DNA of 64,000 bases from an uncultured Acidobacteriota bacterium. GTDB lineage: Bacteria; Acidobacteriota; Vicinamibacteria; Vicinamibacterales; 2-12-FULL-66-21. Below are positions 12,088-22,150 of this stretch, piece by piece (position 1 is the first letter of the stretch; every line of letters starts with the position of its first letter). The stretch is from the NCBI GenBank assembly GCA_963771395.1, contig CAVYTY010000022.1:10023-74022 (forward strand), in the 5' to 3' direction. The notes below the pieces were generated by a model, which did not search any database, was not told the DNA's origin, and saw only the letters and a list, made by a program, of their open reading frames with translations. The position numbers and the translations under genes were made by a program.

Positions 12088-12125
12088 TTAACTCACAATT
12101 AACCCCCGCGTCACGGCTCAGAAAC
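12088..12125 (+). promoter_or_regulatory. Pho-box-like array upstream of phoB
   Basis: TTAAC(12088), TTAAC(12099), GTCAC(12110), GAAAC(12121) at 11-bp period. Confidence 0.65.
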
Positions 12126-12236
12126 CTGCCTTGGATACCCTCCATGGAGGATGTCAGATCGAAGGGTGTTGATCCATGGAGCAGAGCGTTGATGCCAAGT
12201 CGGGTGGACGAGAGCGGCTGGCGGGACCGCCCGGCG

Positions 12237-12942
12237 ATGAGCCGAACCCCCCGTGTTCTCGTCGTCGAGGACGAGCAGGACATCGCCGGCCTCATCAAGC
12301 ACGCGCTCGAACGGTCGGGAGATGGACAGGTGGAGATCGTCAGCAGCGGGGACGCGGCACTCCGGGCGGTGACAGAGAACACACCCGACCTCGTGATTCT
12401 CGACCTCAATCTTCCGGTGCTGAGCGGCACGGAGGTCTGTCGCATCCTGCGCGGCCGACCGGCTACCGCCAACGTGCCGATCATCATGCTGACGGCCCGC
12501 ACCGGCGAATCCGATCGCGTCACGGGACTCGATCTCGGCGCAGACGACTACGTCACCAAGCCGTTCAGCCTGCGCGAGCTGGCCGCCCGCGTGCGAGCCG
12601 TGTTGCGCCGCCGGCAGCAGGGGTCAGCGATCGGCGCCAACATCTACACGGGCGCGCACCTGACGGCCGACTTCGACGCCGTGGCCATCTCGGTGGACGG
12701 CAGCAGCCGTGCGACTGACACGGCGTGAGTTCGAGCTCCTGAAGTTCCTCGTCGAGAACCGCAATCGCGTGCTGTCGAGGGACCGTCTGCTCGAGCGGGT
12801 GTGGGGGTACGACCGCTTCATCGAAACGCGATCGGTCGACGTCCACGTCGGCCGGCTGCGCGCCAAGCTCGGCGCCGCGGGGCAACAGATCGAAACGGTT
12901 GTCGGACTCGGCTACAGGTTCGTGGAGGAGCCGGCTCTGTAG
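12237..12942 (+). CDS. phoB: OmpR/PhoB-family response regulator; frameshift near 12705
   Basis: Receiver domain ([26 protein letters not shown]) and winged helix ([33 protein letters not shown]); pst context. Confidence 0.8.
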
Positions 12943-13099
12943 GGGTCAGGCAGTGAATCGTGAATCGTTGGGCCGGCAGAGCTTCCAGAACGAACTTACC
13001 TACTGATCATTCCGTGGGCTGTGGCTTGGGGGGCACGAGGAATAGGGCAGGGTCGAGCGCACATGCTCGATCCTTGAACGCGACCGTGAGAACGTCTGT

Positions 13100-13324
13100 T
13101 CAGCTCGGCTGGGTCTGCAGCCAGCCGCTATCTTCCAGCTCGGACACCTGACGGGACATCATCAACACCGCGCGCTCGACCCGGTGCCAGTCGGTGTAGT
13201 GCACGCGCCGCACCACTTGACTGTCCTGCTCGACGCGCACTTCCCAGCCTTCGCTTCCTGCCTCCGAGATCGTGAACCGCTTCGTGTGACCTGCCTGACT
13301 GAGTTCCTTGGCGAACATTTTCAT
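13100..13324 (-). CDS. Small hypothetical protein (74 aa, ends ELEDSGW...)
   Basis: GGAGGGAG ribosome-binding site before ATG 13324; MKMFAKELSQAGHTKRFTISEAGSEGWEVRVEQD. Confidence 0.65.
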   Translation of the reverse strand: MKMFAKELSQAGHTKRFTISEAGSEGWEVRVEQDSQVVRRVHYTDWHRVERAVLMMSRQVSELEDSGWLQTQPS

Positions 13325-13393
13325 CTCCCTCCATCCGCTTGCGAACCGCTCTGCCCGACGCCTTCTTTGTACCCCGTTAGACGCTGGAAGGGC

Positions 13394-13411
13394 TGTAAAT
13401 TCCATGTAAAT
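13394..13411 (-). promoter_or_regulatory. Direct repeat at 11-bp spacing (Pho-box-like)
   Basis: tgtaaat-tcca-tgtaaat, i.e. ATTTACA twice on the minus strand, upstream of 13100..13324. Confidence 0.5.
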
Positions 13412-13569
13412 AGATTTTCGGGCGTTTGCACTTACTTATCTGTCAACGACTTAGCGCCGATCCGAGCTTCAGGCTGACCTTCAGAGACAGGCCGCCGATG
13501 GGCACCCCACGACCAGTCAAGGACTCCCGTGATATCGCTGCAGCGGGGTTGGCGTAGCATTGACCGGCC

Positions 13570-14824
13570 ATGCGACTCAACCTGACAGCAGCGTTTGTTT
13601 TGGCGGCGTGGCAGCTCGGGCAACTCAGCTCGGCAGCACAAACGTCGAGGCCGCAGCCCGTGACGCGTCTCGACGGCCGCTGGCGATCACGTCGTGCTGG
13701 AGATCCAGGTCACGATCGTGCAGCGCGCGACGTCGCCGCGGTGGGCGCTGTCGAGGTAAGAGTCGACGGCCAGTACGCGCAGCACGTCCTGATGACGCCC
13801 GGCACCGGCCGCACGACCTATGACGCGCTGCTCGGACCGCTCGCCGGTGGCGATCACCGGATCACGCTCGAACGTTCGCCGCTCTGGAGCTGGCCGGCAG
13901 GGCTGGAGATCGCGAAGGTCTCCGGCTCGAGTCGTGGCGTCGGCGTCGGAAGCCGGCGTCGTCCTGGGCCACTCCCCCACGCTCGGCATCCGCGCCGACA
14001 CCATCGGCACCGCGAGCGATGTGCCGCTCGTCCTCTATGCCGAGGACGACCGCCGCAATGGCCGGGGCTGGATTCGCTACAGCGTCATCATCAGCCACGA
14101 AGACGGGGGAACGCCGGCACCGGCGCTCATGGCGCGCTGGGGACGTACGACCGACATCGAGCTGATCTACGAGGTCGAGATGGACGGCGCGCGGCTCGTG
14201 CAGGACAGGTTCCAGGGGCCCGATCACGAAGTCCGCGCATTCGGCGGCCCGCGCGAGGGGCAACATCCCGTTCTCCTCGTCGCCACCTTGAACAACATGT
14301 TCATCGATCGCGGGAAGAGCCTCGCGACCGTGCGGCCGCTGCCGCGCAAGGTCAACCTCGATCGCCGGACGCGCGAGTCGGTCATGGACGACAATCCATG
14401 GATCTACCCGCTGATGGCCCGCGAGCTCGTTGCGGAGAAGCGCATCGGCACGCAAATCGAAGATCCGCGCGAGTTCCTCTATGTCGAGGCCGGGCTCGAT
14501 CTCCTGCACGCGGCGGCGAGCGTCAAGGTCGGCTCCGATGCGGACGGCTGGAAGGACTCGACGCGAGGCCGCGCGGATCTCGCGGTCAATCGAAACGGCT
14601 GGGTGCGAATCGCGGTGCACGCGCCGTCGCGCGCCGCAACGCTCAAGTGGGAGTGCCGGGCGATCCCGAGCGCACCGGCGGGCGCGGTGCCTCGCTGCCA
14701 GATCGAATGGGGCCGGGTCTTCCGACTGGGTCAGGACTATCTGCCAGGCGAGAATGTCATCTCGCCCGGCAGAGTCCAGCTTGGCGTGGGGCTCAGCGAG
14801 GCCGTGCCCCTCAAAGACCGGTGA
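13570..14824 (+). CDS. Secreted hypothetical protein, frameshifted
   Basis: Signal-like N-terminus in ORF 13570; continues in ORF 13820..14824 (YSVIISHEDGGT, RWGRTTDIELIY). Confidence 0.6.
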
Positions 14825-14827
14825 CGA

Positions 14828-14890
14828 AATCCGCGTGATCCGCGGAATCCGCGTCCCGTGGTGATCCGCGGAATCCGCGTCCCGTGAGCC
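14828..14890. repeat. ATCCGCG short-period repeat with a perfect 26-bp tandem duplication
   Basis: gtgatccgcggaatccgcgtcccgtg at 14835-14860 and 14861-14886, between convergent genes. Confidence 0.8.
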
Positions 14891-14923
14891 CGTGGGTTCC
14901 GCGCTCGCACCCAGCACCCCTTT

Positions 14924-17168
14924 TCACTGCAACAGCTTCCTGTAGCGCACGAGGCGCGATTCGAACTCGCCGCCGTCGTTGTCGAGCGCCACCCAGAGGT
15001 CCCCTCCCCACGTCACGGCGAGGCCCTCCACCTTCTCGTACGGGGTGAACTGCGGCTGCACGTCCCTCAGCAGGCGCTTGGTGACGGTCGAACCCGCGAT
15101 CGATGTCGGCGACACCGCCGTCGCGATGTCCTCGGGCACGAGTCCCTCGAGCGTGAAGGTGTAGACCCGCTTGATCTGCCCATTGGCGGCGAGCTGATTG
15201 TCGCGCTCGATCACCGCGTAGACATCCTCGCCGCGCCTGGTGCTTCCGGCCAGCACGATTTCCGACAGCCCGATCGTGAATGACGACGGTTCGAGCGGAT
15301 AGAAGAACGCTTCCCACTTTTCCAGGGCGAGGTCGTAGCGCGCGATGCGCGTGTGCAGAACTGGCAGCCCCGTGGCGGCAACCGTTTCGCCGCTGTAGGG
15401 GCGCTGGACGGCAACCAGAAGATAGCGGCCGTCGCGCGACACTGTCACGCCTTCGAAGCCATTGCTCGTCACGCGTCCGCCCGGCGCATCCACGTCTGGC
15501 GGCAGGAAGATCTCGCGACGAATCCCGCCCTTCGCATCGACCTGGATGAGCGTGTTGCGAGTGGCGCTGGCGTTGCCCTCCGAGGCCAGCCAGAAGCCTG
15601 CGTTCCGTTTCGGCCGCTCGATGGACGTATCGATGGCAATGCCTTCGAGGTCGAACAACTCAGGCACGCCGCCTCGTGTCACGGGCATGCGATCACGAAT
15701 GCGGGCGAACGAAGTCGCCGACATGTATGCTGAAGATGCTCGAGGGCAACGCGTTGTCGGGCACCGCGTAGAGCACGTCCGGCTCGTGCAGACTCGGCGC
15801 CAGGCCCGAGAGTGCGCCCCACGGTTCGTCGACGCCGCTCGAAAAGATCGTCGGCTGATCGGCGGATGGATCCCAGCGTCCGGACACGCCCTCGAAGATC
15901 GAGATGCTGCCGTCCTGATCGTCGCCCTCGTTGGCAGTCACGAACAAATTGCGCGAGGGGATGGTCAGGAGACCCTCCGGCCCCTGACCTGTGGACAGGA
16001 GCTGGACAAAGCGCGGACGGTGCCCGCCGTCGAGAGTGTAGACCGCGACGAAGGCGCCTCGCTCCGATCCCACGAACATGAACTCGCGCGATCCGTATTC
16101 GTCGATCACCAGCGATTCGGCTTCGATGCCCTTCGCGTCGGACCGGGCGTCGGGATAGTGACCGAACTGCACGGCTGTCGCTTCCAGTTCGCCATCGTCG
16201 TCAAAGAGCACGGCGCCGCCGGGCGCATGCGCGCTCCAGCCCCGTCCGCCGGTGAAGTTGTCTTCGCCCTCGTCGGCCGTGAAGATCGTGGAACCGTCGC
16301 CACTCCAGGCGATCGCGTCAGGCACTCTCGCGCCAGCGTTCGGCACCGACGGCAGCTTGTCCGCCGGGTACGTGTCGGTGAACGAGATCCGGGAGTCGTC
16401 GCTCAGGTCGGCGGGCCTGTTCGCGATCACGCCGGCCGAGAACAACTCGTCCAGCTTCGGCGCCGCAGGGTTCCTGATGTCGATGATCGCGATGCCGTTG
16501 TTCTCCTGCAGCGTGACGGCGACCTTCGTGCCACGAATGCTGACGAACTCCGGCTGGGGATCGTCGACGGCGATCAGGCCCGCGGCGCTCAAGGCCGCGG
16601 CGTCGTTGAACGTGACTGTCGCGCTGGGCGAGTGGGCGAAGTCAGCGAGGTTGAGGCGGACGATCTCGACGTACCCCTTGCCGAGTGCACCCTCATTCTC
16701 GATGGCGATGACCGCCACCAGCTGGCCACCTACTTTCGTGACGGCCACAGAGTCGGGCCCCTCACCGATCGTCCGCTCGCCCACTTTTGTAAAGGTGGAC
16801 AGATCGATCAGGATCAGCTTGCCCGGTTGCACGCAGCCCACGGCGAGATTGCCGACGGGAAGGACCGCCACGCTTGTCGGGTCGCCCCCGGCGCCGAGCA
16901 CGGCGACCTGCTGCGGCTGGCGCGGATTGCGGATGTCGACCAGGCCGAACCTCTTGCCGATCGCATCGGAGTAAACCAGATACTTGCCGTCGCGCGTCGC
17001 GGACACGATCTCCGCGCTCGTCGCCCCCGGCACGTTGAACGTCCCCACCTGCCGGAACGAGCCCACGCCAAACCGATCGTCATCTCCATGGCCGCCGTGC
17101 GCCAGCGGAACGGCGCTCACGACAACTGCCGCGGCCGCACACGCGAGCACATTCTTCATCATCAACAT
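14924..17168 (-). CDS. Secreted beta-propeller phosphatase (choice-of-anchor-I-like plus phytase-like esterase domain); frameshift near 15720
   Basis: Signal peptide; DPQPEFVS, VTLQENNGIA, RSDAKGIEAE, FDLEGIA, NGFEGVT, EKVEGLAV, DNDG. Confidence 0.75.
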
Positions 17169-17258
17169 CGACATCCTCCGGATTCTCAACTGGTCGGAGG
17201 ATTATCGAGAACGCCCGCACGGGCGGATGTGAAGACGATGAAACGAAACTGTGAATTC

Positions 17259-17774
17259 TTACTCCGTTGGGGCGGGCTTCGAGGCGTCCGCTTTCCCGAT
17301 GGAGTCCAGGTGGCGCTGCAGCGCCATCCGATCGAGCATCTCGAGCCGCAGGCTGGTGAAGATCTTGATTCGCGCGTCGAGCTCCCCGAACGCCTTGGTG
17401 AAAGCCCGCGCCTTGACCTCGTCAGAACCGACGACTGCCGCAGGATCCTCGATTCCCCAATGGGCGGTCATCGGTTGACCGGGCCAGACCGGACACACTT
17501 CGGCGGCCGCGTCATCGCACACCGTAAAAACGAACTGCATCGGGGGCGCGTCGGCGGTCGCGAATTCGCTCCAGCTCTTGCTCCGCAGGTGATCGGTAGC
17601 CAGGCGGTGGCGGCGGAGCGTCTCGACGGCCAGAGGATGCACCTCCCCTTTCGGATGACTCCCGGCGCTGAACCCCTGGAAGCGGCCTTTGCCCCAGAAA
17701 TTCAGGAGAGCTTCGCCCATGATGCTGCGCGCGGAGTTGCCGGTGCAGAGAAACAGGACGTTGTAGGAATCCAT
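17259..17774 (-). CDS. arsC: Arsenate reductase (LMW-PTP family)
   Basis: VLFLCTGNSARS, TVCDDAAAEVCPVWPG, HWGIEDPA. Confidence 0.92.
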   Translation of the reverse strand: MDSYNVLFLCTGNSARSIMGEALLNFWGKGRFQGFSAGSHPKGEVHPLAVETLRRHRLATDHLRSKSWSEFATADAPPMQFVFTVCDDAAAEVCPVWPGQPMTAHWGIEDPAAVVGSDEVKARAFTKAFGELDARIKIFTSLRLEMLDRMALQRHLDSIGKADASKPAPTE

Positions 17775-17800
17775 CTCGTTTTCCTCAGGCGCCTGAACTG

Positions 17801-17862
17801 TATACGCTAACACGCATATGACAAACTCTAGGCCGCCCGTGGTATATTTGTCAACGCGAATA
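17801..17862. promoter_or_regulatory. Two imperfect 6-6-6 palindromes, putative ArsR operators
   Basis: TATACG-ctaaca-CGCATA (17801-18) and TATTTG-tcaacg-CGAATA (17845-62) in the divergent arsC/arsR gap. Confidence 0.55.
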
Positions 17863-17863
17863 C

Positions 17864-18355
17864 ATGAACAAGCCGCTCGACAGGATGGCCGCACTGTTCC
17901 AGGCACTCGGAGATCCGACGAGGCTGCGGATCCTGGGTCTGCTGCTGACCGGCGAGGTCTGCGTCTGCCACATCCACGAGAGCCTGCGCATTCCTCAGCC
18001 CAAGGCCTCGCGGCATCTGGCGTATCTGCGCCGCGCCGGACTGGTGGATACCCGGCGCGAGGGCTTGTGGGTCTACTATCGACTCGCCGAGTCGGAGAAT
18101 GCTGTCGTTAGCGCCGTCAAGGAGTCTGTCACCGCCGCGCTCGGCCACTTCGAAACCATTCGCAAGGATACGGGCCGTCTCCAGAAGAAAACCGGTTGCA
18201 GTCTTCCGAGTCCATCGCCACGCGGTCCTGCGGATGTCGTGAACCGGCTGTCGCGCCGCCGCCGGGGCCTGCCGCCGAGCGACTACGGCGAACGCGAGAG
18301 GATCCAGCCGACCGTCGCACCACCGGCAACGAGCCAGCTCGGGTTGATCGAGTAG
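17864..18355 (+). CDS. arsR: ArsR/SmtB transcriptional repressor; C-terminus uncertain
   Basis: FQALGDPTRLRIL, EVCVCHI, SRHLAYLRRAGLV, WVYYRL. Confidence 0.88.
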   Translation: MNKPLDRMAALFQALGDPTRLRILGLLLTGEVCVCHIHESLRIPQPKASRHLAYLRRAGLVDTRREGLWVYYRLAESENAVVSAVKESVTAALGHFETIRKDTGRLQKKTGCSLPSPSPRGPADVVNRLSRRRRGLPPSDYGERERIQPTVAPPATSQLGLIE

Positions 18356-19469
18356 CGAGTCAGCGCGACGAGGCTGAGGCTCGCCATCACAACGGGCAGC
18401 GGCGCGCGAAGTGTCGCCGCGCCCAACTGCCACGTCACGGCGGCCATCATCGCCAGCGACGCGACATTCACGCCGTCGAGGACGGCCCCCGCGACGCGAG
18501 ACCGCCTCAAGCGCGGCACCAGCGGACCGCTCAACGCCACGAAGACGAACGCGGGAAGAAAGATGCCCACCGTCGCCACCGCCGCGCCGCCTGCCCCGCC
18601 GAGAAGATAGCCAACGAAGGTCGCCGTCGTGAAGAGTGGACCCGGCGTGACCTGCCCCACCGCGACCGCGTCCAGCAGTTGCTGCTCCGTCAGCCAGCCA
18701 AGACGCTCGACCACATCGGCACGCAGGAACGCGAGCAACACGTAGCCGCTGCCAAACAGCACTGCGCCGATCCTGGCAAAAACCAGAAACAGGGACCACA
18801 GCGGGACCGCTGGGCCGGCAGCGCCGCCCGCGAGTACAGGCGGCCGTCAATCCCGACCCCAATCCCCACCATGACGTCCATCCGCCAGCAATGCCCACGA
18901 GCGCAGAGGCCCGGGCGCGACGCTGGAATCCACTCCCGGAGACTGCGCTGATCACGCCCGCGACCAGCAGCACGATGAGCTCGTGGACACCGGCCAGAAG
19001 GGCCACGAGCGCGCCAAGACCGAGCAGCTGCCAGATCAACCGACTTCACAGCGGTCCGACCGAGCTGCCACAGCGCCGAGACGACGACCGCGATCACGAC
19101 CGGCGCGATACCGTGCAGCACACCTGCGACTTGAGGAAGGGCCCCGTATCGTACATAGGCCCATGCGATGAGGCCGACGATGAGTGAAGACGGGAGGATG
19201 AAGCAGGCCCCGGCCACGAAGAGTCCCGGCCAGCCATGCCGCGCCATGCCGATGTGAATCGCCAGCTCGGTCGAGTTCGGCCCGGGGATGAGGTTCGTCG
19301 CGCCGAGGTAGTCGAGAAACTGTTCGCGCGACAGCCATCGCCGACGGCGCACGACCTCGTCCTCCATCATCGCGATGTGCGCCGCCGGTCCGCCGAAAGC
19401 AGTCGTTCCGAGCCGCAAGAAGAGTGCAGCGATATCGAGGAGCGACGGCACGCCCTGCCCGGCGCTCAC
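18283..19469 (-). CDS. chrA: Chromate efflux transporter, two CHR domains, frameshifted
   Basis: LGTTAFGGPAAHIAMM, TNLIPGPNSTELA; second domain LFGSGYVL, GQVTPGPLFTTATFVG. Confidence 0.88.
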
Positions 19470-19593
19470 GGGCGAGGTACATCCTTCGCCGCTGACAGAC
19501 CGCACAGTGGCGACATCGCCGGGCGGGACGCCAGGCGCGCGACTGCTTCATCGCCGGACGCGACGCGGCGCAACCCACCATGCATGGCGTTGT

Positions 19594-21684
19594 TCAGCAC
19601 GTCGACTGGCGCCCTACGGCCGGCGGCCGGCCTGCCCGATTCGCGGGGACTGATGATGGGCGTGCCGCGGACGGCAGCGCGTAACTGCCGCGCGTGGCGC
19701 GCAGAACCTTCAGGAAGACGTCGGAGTTCTCGTACACCCCGGTGAACTGCCACGCGCCGGGGCCGGAGGCCGACAGCGGCACGTCCGACGCCGTATGACC
19801 CGAGATCGTGTGACCGAGCGAGGCCGTGTCGCCCGGACATCCCGCGGTTGATGGGCACGGTGTCTCGCCGTTCTCGATCGTGCCCCTGACGAGAAACCCG
19901 GGCATCGCGGCGCCGCGCGTTGTCCTGTTCTCGCTCGTCTCGCCGGACCCGTCCCGCGCCGGGTTGGCCACGCTCACGGCAGGCTTCCCCTCCGCCACCG
20001 CGGCTTCCTGCTGCAGCCGGTTCGACACCCAGTTCTCGTAGTGATCGGGACCCGCGGCCCATCCGAGCAGGATCTTGCGCGACGGATCCGGATCGACCGG
20101 GAAGCCCCGCTCGTCCACTTGATAGTTGGGAAAGAAGTTCAGCTCCTGCTCCGGCACGAACCGGAACACGGCCGCATAATCGCGCACGGCCTTGCCGAGC
20201 ACGTCTGGCGCGTAGCGCTCGTTGCCGACACCGACGATGCCGAGACCGCCGGTTTCGTGGTCGGCCGCCACGATGACGAGCGTGTCGTTGGCCGGATCGC
20301 GATCGGTGTTCGTGCGCCGCGCGAAGTCGAGCGCGACCTGCACGGCTCGATCGAACTCGATCACGTCCCAGATCATTCGCTCCGCGTCCAGCGCGTGCGC
20401 GCGCTTGTCGATCGATGCGCCCTCCACCATCAGGTAGAACCCGCTCGGGGAATGCGCCGAGAGGCTGCGCAAGGCGAGGCGCGCCAGGTCTTCGAGCATC
20501 GGTGTGTCGCGGTACGGGGCGTTGGCCGGCCGGGCGAGCTCGTCGCTGTAGCGGCCGGCGCCGACCTTGTCGAAGGCGACAGGCAGGTGTGTCGCATGGA
20601 AGAGACCCAGAATCCTCGCCGGAGGCGCGGCCGCCGTTGACAGGCGCGCGACGTCGTGCGCGTTGCCAATTCTCGAGTATCCCGCGCGCTCGAACTCGTC
20701 TGCGAGCCGCCGGCTGTCGGTGCGCTCGCCTCCCGCGTCCTTCGGCATGAAGTGTTTCGCGCCGCCGCCGAGCAGGACGCTCACGCCGTTGACCTCGCGC
20801 TCGTCGAGGAAGCGATCGGCGATCCCCGATCCGGCGAACCGATCCGACGTATGAACTGCGTTGGCGGCAGGCGTCGAATCCGTCACGTCGGCCGTCGTCA
20901 CGATGCCGACGTTGAAGCCGCGGCCGCGGGTGCGCTTCAGGAGCTCGCCGATGTACTCCATGCGGGGATTGTCGAAAGCGTCAGGGGTGTTGTCGGGAAA
21001 GACGCCTGACTGTTGATTGGCGTTCTTCTGTCCGGTCGAATACGCGGCCATCCCGGGAGAGGAATCGGTGATCGCAGAGTTGAGCGACGGGGTCATGACG
21101 AGGCCGGTGACGTCGAGTGTGTCCATCGCCAGCCGGCCGTTGGCCTTTCCGTTGTGCAGGCCGCGCGACACGAGCCGCGCCGCCGTCCGGTTCGCGATGC
21201 CCATGCCGTCACCGAGCAGCAGGATCACGTTGCGCGCCGAGGCGGCCGGCCCCCTGGCCTGCCAGGCGGCGACGGTCAGCCGGACCGTCGCGCGGGCACC
21301 GTCGGCCGTCCGCGCTTCGATGACCAGCGGCCCCGCCACCGCGACGCCGAAGTCGCGCATCAGGTAATTGGTCGTGTTCGGTGGAGCGGCACCGGCCCGG
21401 TGGACCGGCCGCACGCTGCCGTCGGTGCCCGTTCCGCCGGCGCCGCGCTCGCCGCCGGCGCCAGCCGCAAGGATGTTGAGGCCCGTGACGTCCTTGCCAT
21501 TGATGGAGACCGTCAGGCCTCGCGGAGGCTCGGCCCCCTCCGCGGTCGCTTCGACCCGGACATCGACTCGCTGACCGGCCGCGAGCACGCCACCATCCGG
21601 CGGCATGATGCGAATCCGCGTCGCCGCCGACGCCGGCAGGACTCCCAGGCATACGCACAAGGCCGCACCAGTCGTGAATCTCAT
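19594..21684 (-). CDS. phoA: Alkaline phosphatase (PhoA family) with N-terminal extension
   Basis: NVILLLGDGMG, catalytic Ser in ITDSSPG, TDSTPAA, MVEGASIDKRAH, ADHETGG, GHTASDVP. Confidence 0.88.
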   Translation of the reverse strand: MRFTTGAALCVCLGVLPASAATRIRIMPPDGGVLAAGQRVDVRVEATAEGAEPPRGLTVSINGKDVTGLNILAAGAGGERGAGGTGTDGSVRPVHRAGAAPPNTTNYLMRDFGVAVAGPLVIEARTADGARATVRLTVAAWQARGPAASARNVILLLGDGMGIANRTAARLVSRGLHNGKANGRLAMDTLDVTGLVMTPSLNSAITDSSPGMAAYSTGQKNANQQSGVFPDNTPDAFDNPRMEYIGELLKRTRGRGFNVGIVTTADVTDSTPAANAVHTSDRFAGSGIADRFLDEREVNGVSVLLGGGAKHFMPKDAGGERTDSRRLADEFERAGYSRIGNAHDVARLSTAAAPPARILGLFHATHLPVAFDKVGAGRYSDELARPANAPYRDTPMLEDLARLALRSLSAHSPSGFYLMVEGASIDKRAHALDAERMIWDVIEFDRAVQVALDFARRTNTDRDPANDTLVIVAADHETGGLGIVGVGNERYAPDVLGKAVRDYAAVFRFVPEQELNFFPNYQVDERGFPVDPDPSRKILLGWAAGPDHYENWVSNRLQQEAAVAEGKPAVSVANPARDGSGETSENRTTRGAAMPGFLVRGTIENGETPCPSTAGCPGDTASLGHTISGHTASDVPLSASGPGAWQFTGVYENSDVFLKVLRATRGSYALPSAARPSSVPANRAGRPPAVGRQSTC

Positions 21685-21705
21685 GGACTTATCACCACTC
21701 TCGCG

Positions 21706-21940
21706 TCAGGACTCGTCCCAGGCGCCGTCGCGGAAGAGCGTCAGCGCGACGTCAACGTTGCTCCGCAGCGCCTGCTTGATCGCGGGCCACGTCTTGTCGC
21801 ATTTCAGCAGCGTCTTCCACGAGTGCAGGTGCTTCGGCTTGTGAAAGTCGCTGTTGGCGACATAGGGATAGTGCTTGAGGCTGGTGACGGAAAACAAGTC
21901 GTCTCGATTCGCCGCTTCCCAGACGTCGACGAGGTCCGAG
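21706..21940 (-). pseudogene. C-terminal fragment of a PHP-family phosphoesterase
   Basis: DLVDVWEAANRDDLF and YVANSDFHKPKHLHSWKT; no N-terminal HxH region before the glgC promoter. Confidence 0.6.
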
Positions 21941-22150
21941 AACGTATAGACGGGGCGGGAATTCGTAAACCGGCGCTGTCGTCCGGTGGGCGGCGAGGGC
22001 GTTCGACACCTGCAGCGTGAGACTATCTGCTCACGGTCACGTGCCCCCTCGGTGCCGACCACCGGCCGACGGCCGGTATCCCTACATTCACACACGCATG
22101 TAACGGTCCGACGACGGCCGCGTTTCTCCCGTGCAAGATAAGATGAAGCC

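Noticed and set aside
13430-13455. dif-like or IHF site (tgtcaacgactta)
   Set aside because: It has one mismatch to the IHF consensus, does not match dif, and has no recombinase nearby; too weak to call.
15462-17810. Long antisense ORFs (782 aa here; also 1390..2931, 53939..55959 region, 61312..63225)
   Set aside because: They are shadows of real genes in high-GC DNA, Arg/Ala-rich and without recognisable motifs.
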